DNA of 51,894 bases from a virus (Duplodnaviria > Caudoviricetes). Location: positions 1 through 51,894 of the IMG/VR virus record IMGVR_UViG_3300037043_000387. One strand, given 5' to 3'. The notes beneath the pieces are model-generated. The model did no database searches. It worked only from the letters and a program-made list of their open reading frames with translations, and was not told the DNA's origin. The position numbers and the translations under genes are program-made. The first letter of the stretch is position 1, and each line of letters opens with the position of its first letter. Positions 7,605 to 15,939 of the stretch are shown here, in pieces.

Positions 7605-7973
7605 GTGGCATTGACGGATGGTGATACCGTAAGTTTGGACAACCTGAAGGGTGGCGGGGTTCGGCAGTTATTCGATGAAGAGTTGGATAAGGTCTTGGCG
7701 AACATCATGGACCCGAATACCGAACCGGAGACGGTCAGAGTGGTTACGATCACGGTGAAAATTAAGCCGGATCGGGATCGATCTACGGCGATGGTGGCGA
7801 TTATCCCCAGTTCGAAGCTGGCGCCTGCGGTGGCGTTGGGTACCCGGATGTTCTTCGGCAAGCAGGGGGGGAAGGTCCTGGCCTGGGAGCATGATCCCAC
7901 ACAGATGTCCCTGCCGATGAATCGTGATGCTGTTTCGGTGGTGGATGGCGGGAAGTCGGCGGCTGGGGAGTAG
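7605..7973 (+). CDS. conserved phage protein (often labelled 'replication terminator protein')
   Basis: LKGGGVRQLFDEELDKVLANIMDPNT...ITVKIKPD...SKLAP; TAAGGAGG RBS. Confidence 0.75.
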   Translation: MALTDGDTVSLDNLKGGGVRQLFDEELDKVLANIMDPNTEPETVRVVTITVKIKPDRDRSTAMVAIIPSSKLAPAVALGTRMFFGKQGGKVLAWEHDPTQMSLPMNRDAVSVVDGGKSAAGE

Positions 7974-7977
7974 TTAA

Positions 7978-8127
7978 ATGCGGGGACTGAAGGCGAAAGC
8001 GCTGCGGCAACTGGTGTATGGGGATTGGGCGGTACCGCGTACCCGGCTGTATCGGTCCGGTTTTGGTGTGCGATTCAACCAGGGCCTGCGTCGGAAGTAC
8101 TTGATGCTGAAAAAATATTTTAGGTAA
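7978..8127 (+). CDS. small basic protein
   Basis: MRGLKAKALRQLVYG...RRKYLMLKKYFR, read manually. Confidence 0.5.
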   Translation: MRGLKAKALRQLVYGDWAVPRTRLYRSGFGVRFNQGLRRKYLMLKKYFR

Positions 8128-8138
8128 AGGAGATCTGC

Positions 8139-8855
8139 ATGATTAAGGCGTTTGTTGAGAAGATTTTGGACCTGGCGGTTATCGAGCATTACTTTACGTC
8201 TGATGGCCGGGAGTTTACTTCGAAGAAAATGGTCCCCGTTGAGGATCCGGGTTTTCCCATTCTAAAGGTCAATACGTTGAAGGGTCTGGTGGATTATCTG
8301 AAGAGCGGCTTCGATGGGGAGGAAATCGGCGGCGATCCTGCTCGGGTCGCCCTGCACATCATTTCCCCAACGGTTGTGCAAGCTTTCCTTCCAGTTTCGG
8401 GGGCATGGCGCAATCGTGATTATATTATTTCCGCGACATGGGATCAGACACCATTTCCTTTCGGGGATTGGCTTTCCCAGGAAAGTTTCGTAATCAAATT
8501 GATGGCGACGTTCAAGCAGGATGAGGATCTGGACAAGATCCTTGAGGTGGCCGGGAAGATTTGCTGCGAGGACAAGGCGGAAGTGATCGATGATGGTGTT
8601 ACCCAGGCGGTGACCTACCAGCGTGGGGTTAAAAAAGAGAGCGGGAAAATTTTACCGCTTCGTCCGGTTCTCAGGCCGATCAGAACGTTTACCGAAGTAG
8701 AGCAACCTGCTAGTGAGTTTGTATTCAGACTCCGGAGCGAGCCGGTTACGTTGTCACTCCATGAGGCGGATATGGGCGCATGGGAGATGGTGGCGAAACA
8801 TAATATCAAGGCGTACCTGGAAACCGAGCTGCCGGGGATACCTGTTTTCGTGTAA
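8139..8855 (+). CDS. conserved phage protein (partner of 7605..7973)
   Basis: DDGVTQAVT...LRPIRTFTEVEQPASEFVFR...LHEADMGAW. Confidence 0.75.
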   Translation: MIKAFVEKILDLAVIEHYFTSDGREFTSKKMVPVEDPGFPILKVNTLKGLVDYLKSGFDGEEIGGDPARVALHIISPTVVQAFLPVSGAWRNRDYIISATWDQTPFPFGDWLSQESFVIKLMATFKQDEDLDKILEVAGKICCEDKAEVIDDGVTQAVTYQRGVKKESGKILPLRPVLRPIRTFTEVEQPASEFVFRLRSEPVTLSLHEADMGAWEMVAKHNIKAYLETELPGIPVFV

Positions 8856-8864
8856 CTGACTTTG

Positions 8865-8903
8865 GGTCGGTGGGGCTCTCCAATCCCTGCCGGCCGTTTT
8901 TTT
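8865..8903 (+). terminator. intrinsic terminator
   Basis: GGTCGGTGGGG...CCCTGCCGGCC followed by a T7 tract. Confidence 0.7.
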
Positions 8904-8916
8904 GAGGGGTGTGATC

Positions 8917-9042
8917 ATGGATAAAAGCGAGGGGTATCTTACGCATCCGTGTCAGGGGTGCGAGGTTGGGTATCAGAGTTGTGAGTTGTACTGCCAGTTG
9001 TTGGAGCGGTGGAACATGCGGCACATTGGAGATGTCGGGTGA
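8917..9042 (+). CDS. small Cys-rich protein
   Basis: MDKSEGYLTHPCQGCEVGYQSCELYCQLL...; GAGGGG RBS. Confidence 0.45.
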   Translation: MDKSEGYLTHPCQGCEVGYQSCELYCQLLERWNMRHIGDVG

Positions 9043-9131
9043 TAATTTGTCCCGAGTGCGGTGCCGAGCTGCGGCATGAGTGTGGGTGCGCGACCTGCCC
9101 AGTTTGCGGGTGGGGGTTGTGTGGTGGATAA
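9039..9131 (+). CDS. 30-aa Zn-ribbon peptide
   Basis: MIICPECGAELRHECGCATCPVCGWGLCGG. Confidence 0.5.
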   Translation: MIICPECGAELRHECGCATCPVCGWGLCGG

Positions 9132-9441
9132 GGATCTGCTTTCCTTTGCCGTCGTGACAATCCGGAACAGGGACGGCCTGGAGATCGATATTACCGACGA
9201 CCCGGCGGAGCGTGTTCGCCGGGTCGAATCCGGGCGACTGGTGATGTCCGGCCAGGAGATTGAGCGCCTGAAGGCTGCGGGGATGACTTCGGACAAGGCG
9301 GCGCTGCTGGTGCCTTTTTTGACGGCGTTTCCGGGCGGAATTGTGGAGAGTATTGAGCCGAGTAGTGGGCCGTATCCGTGGGATACGGTGGAACCGGTCC
9401 AGGTGAAGGAAGAGAAGGATGGGCAGAGATCTTGGTGGTGA
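9124..9441 (+). CDS. hypothetical protein
   Basis: Operon packing; ORF in track (longer start at 9061 unlikely). Confidence 0.55.
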   Translation: MDKDLLSFAVVTIRNRDGLEIDITDDPAERVRRVESGRLVMSGQEIERLKAAGMTSDKAALLVPFLTAFPGGIVESIEPSSGPYPWDTVEPVQVKEEKDGQRSWW

Positions 9442-9453
9442 TCGGAGACGATA

Positions 9454-9759
9454 ATGAACAAACAAGAACATCTTATGACTGTATTCGCGGAAGAACTTGG
9501 CGAGGTTGCCATGGAGCTTCTGGACCTGCAGAAGCTGATTTTTAAGGCACAGCGATTTGGCATTGACGAACAGCGCGATTTGCCGACCAGTAATCGGCAA
9601 CGGATTGAGGCAGAGTGGCAGGATCTGCTTGGGGCCGTGGAGAAGTTGCGCGAAGTCGGAATTGAACTGAAGCCGGATATTGCAGCGATCAGCGCTAAGA
9701 TGGAAAAGGTTGAACTGTACTGCGGATACGCCGAAAGCCTGGGAACGTTGAACGCATAA
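9454..9759 (+). CDS. MazG-like nucleotide pyrophosphohydrolase
   Basis: AEELGEV...KAQRFG...IEAEWQDLL (ExxE/ExxD). Confidence 0.7.
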   Translation: MNKQEHLMTVFAEELGEVAMELLDLQKLIFKAQRFGIDEQRDLPTSNRQRIEAEWQDLLGAVEKLREVGIELKPDIAAISAKMEKVELYCGYAESLGTLNA

Positions 9760-9774
9760 TATCAAGGGGGAAAA

Positions 9775-9990
9775 ATGTTGCGCTGGATACCGCCTGAACA
9801 GGCGCCGAAAGACGGAACGGTGATTGTCGGTAAATTCAATGATACTCATCCTGAGCGAATTGTCTGCATGTGGGACACGCTTGAGGATTGTTGGGTTGGG
9901 GCGTATCCGCAGAATGATCCGGCGGATGGAAGGTTTTTCGAGAATCAGCATTTCCATGCTGATGATCTGGAAGTGTGGGCTGAGTTGTGA
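9775..9990 (+). CDS. DUF551-like small protein
   Basis: WIPPEQAPKDGTVI...WAEL. Confidence 0.6.
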   Translation: MLRWIPPEQAPKDGTVIVGKFNDTHPERIVCMWDTLEDCWVGAYPQNDPADGRFFENQHFHADDLEVWAEL

Positions 9991-10427
9991 GCTTAAATGA
10001 ATCTACAAAAGCCCGATATTTCGTGACGGGAAATAGAATTTCTCCGTTTGTTTGTGTCCTTGGGGAATGGAAAGATAATGCGGCGCTTATCAGGTCAGTT
10101 CGGGCGGGAGTGCCGATACTGACGCGGGAGATGGTTGAAGCCGAACATGAATTTTGTGCAAACAGTACCAGAAGCACGTTTGTTTACTGGAAATCGGTAA
10201 GGGAAATGCTTTGGACGCATAAAAGCCCTGACCTCGAACATGTCTATGATGTCCTCGTTCAACGTCTGAGGAGCAGGAGCGAGCGGATTAGGAAGGTTTT
10301 GGCACTATCTGTAAAACGCACAGCCGAGAAAGAAGAACAGCGCTCAAGAGATAGAAGCATTGCGGAGCTAAATAAGCTGAGGCGCGAGCCTCTTCACGAG
10401 AGGATTTTATGCAAGAGCCAATCATAA
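9987..10427 (+). CDS. hypothetical protein
   Basis: GTGA overlap, 146 aa. Confidence 0.55.
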   Translation: MSLNESTKARYFVTGNRISPFVCVLGEWKDNAALIRSVRAGVPILTREMVEAEHEFCANSTRSTFVYWKSVREMLWTHKSPDLEHVYDVLVQRLRSRSERIRKVLALSVKRTAEKEEQRSRDRSIAELNKLRREPLHERILCKSQS

Positions 10428-10561
10428 TCGAAAAAGTGGCAAATGGATTTATTGTCAACTTAGCCCCGATGGATAGAGGTCAGTTTATCTCTCGGGAATC
10501 TGCTCATGTTTTCGAAAGTATGGAGTCATTGCAAGAACATATTAAAGAGTATTTTGAGTGA
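10409..10561 (+). CDS. small phage protein
   Basis: MQEPIIIEKVANGFIV...HVFESMESL; GAGG RBS. Confidence 0.6.
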   Translation: MQEPIIIEKVANGFIVNLAPMDRGQFISRESAHVFESMESLQEHIKEYFE

Positions 10562-10707
10562 TGATTTCAACCAAGTTTTTCCCGGCGTTATTGATTGTCC
10601 TGGATGTGCTGGCGGCGGTGGCCTATGCCTGCCACGGGGCGGATGAATGGCGTAAAGTTGTGTACTGGGCGGCGGCTGCCGCGTTGACGTATGTGGTGAC
10701 ATTTTAA
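10561..10707 (+). CDS. small two-TM phage membrane protein
   Basis: MISTKFFPALLIVLDVLAAVAY...VVYWAAAAALTYVVTF. Confidence 0.65.
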   Translation: MISTKFFPALLIVLDVLAAVAYACHGADEWRKVVYWAAAAALTYVVTF

Positions 10708-10717
10708 GGGGGGCGTA

Positions 10718-12562
10718 ATGGCTTCAAGTCGCAAAGGGATACTGGCGGAGAAGAACGGCCGTTTCCGGATCCCGGCTCAATTCGGTTTTAATTTTGAGGA
10801 AATGGTGGTGGATAATTTCGCCGGCGGCGGTGGTGCCTCGATGGGTATTGAGGCGGGCTTGGGCCGTCCGGTTGATATTGCAATAAATCATGACCCGGGG
10901 GCGGTCGATATGCACCTGGTTAATCATCCACTGACCCGGCATCTGTGTGAATCGGTGTGGGATGTCGATCCGGTGGAGGTTACTGGTGGCCGTCCCGTTG
11001 GCCTGGCGTGGTTTTCTCCGGACTGTAAGCACTTCTCGAAGGCCAAGGGTAGGAAGCCGGTTCAGAAGACGATCAGGGGCTTGGCCTGGGTTGTCTTGAA
11101 GTGGATAGGTAAGAAGCGGCCACGGATTATCATGCTGGAGAATGTCGAGGAGTTTGTTACCTGGGGCCCGCTGGTTAAAAATGGCGATGGTGAACATTAC
11201 CCGTGCCCGAAGCGGCGGGGAAAAACCTTTCAGGCTTTCGTGAAGGCAATCCGGAAGCATGGCTATGAGGTCGAATACCGGGAGATGCGGGCTTGCGATT
11301 ACGGCGCTCCGACATCACGAAAGCGGTTCTTCCTAGTGGCTCGCTGTGACGGTGAGTTGATTGTCTGGCCGGAGCCTACTCACGGGGATCCGAAAAGCGC
11401 AGCGGTGAAGTCAGGGAAGCTCAAACCGTGGCGGTCCGCTGCCGAGTGTATTGAATGGAGTAGGCCGTGTCCCTCAATTTTCCTGTCAAAAGAGGAAGGG
11501 AAGGTTCTGAATGTGCGGCGTCCCCTGGTGGACGCTACTCTACGGAGGATTGCCCGTGGTGTGATGCGCTATGTGGTGGAGAGTCCGGAGCCGTTTATTG
11601 TTTCGTATTACGGAGAGAAAAAAGGCGGTGGTTTCCGTGGGCAGAAGGTCACTGAGCCACTGCGAACGCAGACGACGGAAAACAGGTTTGCCGTGATTGC
11701 TCCTCAGATTGTGGGGATAGATCATCGAGGGGCGGGAGACTCTTCCGTGTGGCCGGGAGACTCTCCGTTGACAACGGTAACGGCTGAGGCCCGGCATGCG
11801 GTCGTAGCGACCTTCCTAGCAAAACACTATAGCGGGGTTGTAGGCTCCAGTATTTCCGCTCCGGTTGGGACAATAACCAGTGTAGACCATCATTCCCTGG
11901 TGGCGGCCAGTCTTATACGGCATTTCGGGGAGAGCGTCGGTCAAGCCGTTGATGCTCCGGCACCTACCGTTATGGCTGATGGCGGCGGAAAGACCGGGAT
12001 CGTAGCGGCCAACCTGGTCCGCAATTTCGGATTATCTCATTCTGCACCTGCAGACTCACCTTTGCTTACTGTCACATCAAAAAAGAAAGATTCTCTGGTA
12101 ACTTCCCACCTCGTGAAGCTTCGCGGTACCTGTAAGGATGGACAGGCGGTTACTGGTACGATGCCCACGGTTACAGCCGGTGGCCTCCACCTGGGGGAAG
12201 TCCGGGCGTTTCTTATCAAGTATTACGGTCAAGGGACGGGGCAATCTCCGGTTGATCCTATTGCTACCATTGTCGGGCGTGACCGTTTTGGTCTGGTGAC
12301 GGTGAAGGGCGAAGAGTACCGGATTGCTGATATCGGTATGCGGATGTTGGCTCCAAGGGAATTGTTCAATGCCCAGGGATTTCCGGCTGATTATATTATC
12401 GACCGGACGGCGGACGGCAAGAAGATCACGGCGACTGAACAGGTCAAGCGCTGCGGGAATTCTGTTCCTCCTGCGTTTGCGGAGGCTTTGGTGAGGGCTA
12501 ATTACCGTACGTCGAAGCAAATTCAGGATGGCAAGGGGCTGCTATGCGCATCCGCACAATAA
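10718..12562 (+). CDS. C5 DNA cytosine methyltransferase
   Basis: DNFAGGGG (motif I), SPDC (IV), ENV (VI), RKRFFLVA (VIII), RELFNAQGFP, CGNSV (X); long repetitive P..T.T variable region. Confidence 0.95.
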   Translation: MASSRKGILAEKNGRFRIPAQFGFNFEEMVVDNFAGGGGASMGIEAGLGRPVDIAINHDPGAVDMHLVNHPLTRHLCESVWDVDPVEVTGGRPVGLAWFSPDCKHFSKAKGRKPVQKTIRGLAWVVLKWIGKKRPRIIMLENVEEFVTWGPLVKNGDGEHYPCPKRRGKTFQAFVKAIRKHGYEVEYREMRACDYGAPTSRKRFFLVARCDGELIVWPEPTHGDPKSAAVKSGKLKPWRSAAECIEWSRPCPSIFLSKEEGKVLNVRRPLVDATLRRIARGVMRYVVESPEPFIVSYYGEKKGGGFRGQKVTEPLRTQTTENRFAVIAPQIVGIDHRGAGDSSVWPGDSPLTTVTAEARHAVVATFLAKHYSGVVGSSISAPVGTITSVDHHSLVAASLIRHFGESVGQAVDAPAPTVMADGGGKTGIVAANLVRNFGLSHSAPADSPLLTVTSKKKDSLVTSHLVKLRGTCKDGQAVTGTMPTVTAGGLHLGEVRAFLIKYYGQGTGQSPVDPIATIVGRDRFGLVTVKGEEYRIADIGMRMLAPRELFNAQGFPADYIIDRTADGKKITATEQVKRCGNSVPPAFAEALVRANYRTSKQIQDGKGLLCASAQ

Positions 12563-13365
12563 AACCGGAATTTTTCATTGATGAAGACCTGCAGGACCTG
12601 GAAGCGGACAATCCCGGGAAGTATGTAATGCTGGTGTTCGCTGGGTTGTGGGGAAATTGTGATAAGCAGGGTGTTTTTGAGTGGCGGCCGAGAATATTGA
12701 ATCTTCATATTCTACCCTTCCTGAAATTCGACATGGCAGAGACCTTGGGTATTCTCACGGAGGCGGAGATTATTATCCCTTTTGAGGTTGATGGCAAAAA
12801 ATATGGTTTTATCCCGACATTTACGACACACCAGAGGATCACCGGCAAAGAAGGAACGGAACCGGCCAAATTACCCAGCTATCCCGGCAAGATACAACCG
12901 GGACCAAACGGGGACACACCGGGGACACAACAGGGAAATGATAGAGACACGGTAGGGATGACAGGAAGGGAAGGGAAGGGAAGGGAAAAGGAAGGGAAAG
13001 GAAGGCCTGCTAGTAAACAGAGTCAGTCAGAACAGACAGCCCAGGCTCCGAAACCGGAAGCGAGCGAGCAGGCTGTTGTGAGCCTGACTGAAAAGTCTCT
13101 CCGGAGAAGCGTGGAGGAAAAGCGGGACTGGTTGGTGAAAAGCTTCCCTGGCGCCGACATCGACCTAGAGCTTGAAGAGCTGGTGGCGAAGTATCGCAAG
13201 GAAACGATCGGTTCTGATCCGTGGCTGTTGGTGCTTCGCTGGTTTCGGAATATTCCCGACGAGAGAGCGAGTCCGAAGGCTGGCGGCGGGACATTGGCAG
13301 AGGAAACGAGAGAGGCAAACAAGCAGGCCTGTAGGGATTTCGCGGGAGGTGGAGCTGATGGTTGA
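12544..13365 (+). CDS. phage replication initiation protein
   Basis: MRIRTIKPEFF...GLWGNCDKQG...F..HQRI; central low-complexity repeat region. Confidence 0.85.
   Translation: MRIRTIKPEFFIDEDLQDLEADNPGKYVMLVFAGLWGNCDKQGVFEWRPRILNLHILPFLKFDMAETLGILTEAEIIIPFEVDGKKYGFIPTFTTHQRITGKEGTEPAKLPSYPGKIQPGPNGDTPGTQQGNDRDTVGMTGREGKGREKEGKGRPASKQSQSEQTAQAPKPEASEQAVVSLTEKSLRRSVEEKRDWLVKSFPGADIDLELEELVAKYRKETIGSDPWLLVLRWFRNIPDERASPKAGGGTLAEETREANKQACRDFAGGGADG
12900..13005 (+). repeat. iteron-like direct repeats and purine tract, probable replication origin
   Basis: GGGAC(A/C) repeats followed by (GGAAG)n inside the rep gene. Confidence 0.5.
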
Positions 13366-13756
13366 GGCTGATAAGTCACGTTTTGCCACGGTGATGTACT
13401 GGCTGGCGGAAAAATATCCGCTGATAAAGGGGAAAGGGGCCATCAGGGAAGAAGTCCCGCGTGAGTTGGGCCGGAAGGATTTGGGAGACTGGTTTGAGTC
13501 GTTGAAGGATCTTCACATCGAGCGCATCGAGTGGGGGGCAAAGTGGCTGTTTGGACACTCCCGGTTCTTTCCGAAACCTGCGGATCTGCGAGATGCTGCT
13601 GAACAGGCGCCGGTACCGAAAGCCCTGCAGTTACCTGCTCCGACACTGAAACCTGATACGACGCCTCCTGAGGTGCGAAAGCGGGAGGTTGTTGAGCTGC
13701 TGACTCGGTTCGAGGGGAAGTTTGGGAAGTCGGAGAGGGAGGCGGTTCGTGGGTGA
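13358..13756 (+). CDS. replication accessory protein (helicase loader/inhibitor-like)
   Basis: WFESLKDL...SRFFPKPADLR; directly follows the initiator. Confidence 0.65.
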   Translation: MVEADKSRFATVMYWLAEKYPLIKGKGAIREEVPRELGRKDLGDWFESLKDLHIERIEWGAKWLFGHSRFFPKPADLRDAAEQAPVPKALQLPAPTLKPDTTPPEVRKREVVELLTRFEGKFGKSEREAVRG

Positions 13757-13766
13757 TTCCCTTTTT

Positions 13767-13785
13767 ATTCAAAATTATGTTGAAC
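13767..13785. promoter_or_regulatory. RTTCA-N9-TGAAC palindrome, copy 2 (before terS)
   Basis: ATTCA AAATTATGT TGAAC. Confidence 0.7.
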
Positions 13786-13816
13786 AATGATTTGAATTGC
13801 GGTATGTCTTTAATTT

Positions 13817-14485
13817 ATGGATGAGGAAAGATCAAAAAAACCGGCTCACGATAATATCGTTGGCGTCGGTCAGAAGGTGCTCGTCGGTATGGAAGATGTG
13901 ATGGGTTACGATATCTGCCTTTTGGAAGATCCTCGTCATGAAGTGTTTTGCCGCAAGTTTGCCGCGAACAATAATGCAACAAAATCATACATGATAGCCT
14001 TCCCTGGCTGTTCATACGAATCAGCAAGAGCGGCAGGGAGCAGATTGTTAGCAGAAAACAACATCAAGGTCCGGATAGCGCAGATTCAGAAAGAACGACT
14101 AGATCGAATCGAAGTGACGGACCAGAAAATAATTAACGAGCTGGCGAAATTGGCCTTCACGAAAGAGGATGATTTTTATCATGAGAATGGCAGGGTAAAA
14201 GCTCCTCACGAATTGGATCCACATGATGCCGCGGCGGTTCAATCGCGGAAAATCAAGGTTGTGGAGTTGTTTGACGGTAAAGGGAAAGACGCAGTGGCTA
14301 TTGGGACTGCCACGACAACAGAGTTTAAGTTACATTCAAAGACGGACGCGCTGCAGCTATTGATGAGACATCGAAAGATGCTGACGGATAAGGTTGAGAT
14401 GGATCATGGCTTCAAGGATCTGTCAGACGAGGATCTTATCAAGAGGGCGAAGGCACTCCACGCCGAGTTGGGGATAGGTGATTAG
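13817..14485 (+). CDS. terS: terminase small subunit
   Basis: NATKSY...ARAAGSRLL...IINELAKLAF...KLHSKTDALQLL. Confidence 0.9.
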   Translation: MDEERSKKPAHDNIVGVGQKVLVGMEDVMGYDICLLEDPRHEVFCRKFAANNNATKSYMIAFPGCSYESARAAGSRLLAENNIKVRIAQIQKERLDRIEVTDQKIINELAKLAFTKEDDFYHENGRVKAPHELDPHDAAAVQSRKIKVVELFDGKGKDAVAIGTATTTEFKLHSKTDALQLLMRHRKMLTDKVEMDHGFKDLSDEDLIKRAKALHAELGIGD

Positions 14486-15930
14486 TGGCTAGTTATCAGG
14501 ATCTCATAGATATCTACGAGGAACTGGACCGTCGGAAGCGGCGGAAGCGGTTCTTCGAGTATTATCCCGATAGCGGGCCGCTTCGGCGTGATCTCTATAA
14601 GAAGCACATTGCGTTTTTTCGGGCAGGTCTGTACTTCCGGGAACGGGCAGCTATTGCCGCGAACCGTATCGGAAAAACAGAGGGCATGGGCGGCTATGAA
14701 GTGGTTGTTCATGCGACAGGCCTGTATCCGGATTGGTGGCCCGGGAGACGTTTCGATCATCCGATTGATGCCTGGGCTGCAGGTACCACAGGTGAGACGA
14801 CGCGTGACATCATCCAGACAAAGCTGGTTGGTCCTCCGGAAAAAGAATCAGAGTGGGGAACTGCGCTGATCCCGGGTCATCTGATTCAAAATTATGTGAG
14901 GAAGGCCCGGCCTGCAAACTCGCTGGAGGCCGTTATTGTTCGACACGTTTCAGGTGGATCATCAATTATCAATTTCAAAAGCTACGAGCAGGGCCGGAAG
15001 AAGTTCGAGGGTACGGCGAAGCATGTTGTGTGGTTCGATGAAGAGCCGCCGATGGATATTTATACGGAAGGATTGATGAGGACGATGACCGTTGACGGGA
15101 TCGTCCTCTGTACGTTTACACCACTGGAGGGCTTGTCAGAGGTTGTTTTGATGTTCATGCCAGGCGGAAAGCTGCCGGGTGTGAACGATATGATCAGGCA
15201 CGTTACCTTCGCTGATTGGGATGACGTGCCGCATCTTACTGAGAAATCGAAGCGTGAATTGTATGCCGCGTTACCTCCTCACCAGAGAGAGGCCCGTTCA
15301 AAGGGCGTACCTTCACTGGGGTCTGGAGCAATATATCCTGTTGCAGAGGAGATTGTTTCAGTAAAGGATTTTGTGATTCCTCGCCACTGGCCAAGAGCTT
15401 ATGCAATGGATGTCGGCTGGAACTGGACGGCGGCGCTTTGGGGTGCTTTGGATCGCGAATCAGGTGTTGGCTACCTGTATTCCTGCTATAAGCAGGGAAA
15501 GGCTGAACCGGCAATTCACGCCTCAGCTATCCGTTCGCGAGGCAAGTGGATCCCGGGCTGCGTCGATCCGGCTGCAAACGGCAGAAGCCAGAGGGATGGA
15601 GAGCGTCTGATCAATATTTATCAAGACGAGGACCTGGATCTGGTCAATGCAGACAATGCTGTTGAGGCTGGGCTTTATGATGTATGGACGGCTCTTTCTT
15701 CAGGGACGTTGAAGGTGTTCAAGTCGATGTCACCATGGTTTGACGAATACCGGATCTACCGTCGAGACAAAAACGGGAAGATTGTTAAATCAAATGATCA
15801 CTTGATGGACTGTACCCGCTACCTCAAGAGAACCGGATTCAGCCGGGCGATTGTTATGCCGATATCGAACAATGTCATTATGAATGTGAATCCCCGGGTC
15901 AGTGGAAGGCCCAGCGCAATGTGCGCATAG
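14485..15930 (+). CDS. terL: terminase large subunit, P22-like
   Basis: AANRIGKT (Walker A), VWFDEEPP (Walker B), TFTPLEG, MDVGW, NDHLMDCTRY. Confidence 0.95.
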   Translation: MASYQDLIDIYEELDRRKRRKRFFEYYPDSGPLRRDLYKKHIAFFRAGLYFRERAAIAANRIGKTEGMGGYEVVVHATGLYPDWWPGRRFDHPIDAWAAGTTGETTRDIIQTKLVGPPEKESEWGTALIPGHLIQNYVRKARPANSLEAVIVRHVSGGSSIINFKSYEQGRKKFEGTAKHVVWFDEEPPMDIYTEGLMRTMTVDGIVLCTFTPLEGLSEVVLMFMPGGKLPGVNDMIRHVTFADWDDVPHLTEKSKRELYAALPPHQREARSKGVPSLGSGAIYPVAEEIVSVKDFVIPRHWPRAYAMDVGWNWTAALWGALDRESGVGYLYSCYKQGKAEPAIHASAIRSRGKWIPGCVDPAANGRSQRDGERLINIYQDEDLDLVNADNAVEAGLYDVWTALSSGTLKVFKSMSPWFDEYRIYRRDKNGKIVKSNDHLMDCTRYLKRTGFSRAIVMPISNNVIMNVNPRVSGRPSAMCA

Positions 15931-15939
15931 GAGTCAGGT

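Noticed and set aside
8806-9957. 383-aa minus-strand ORF
   Set aside because: Antisense shadow of several + strand genes with good RBSs; no recognisable motifs.
12964-13005. (GGAAG)n tract as a phase-variable repeat
   Set aside because: In-frame purine tract encoding the usual GREGKG linker of phage replication proteins.
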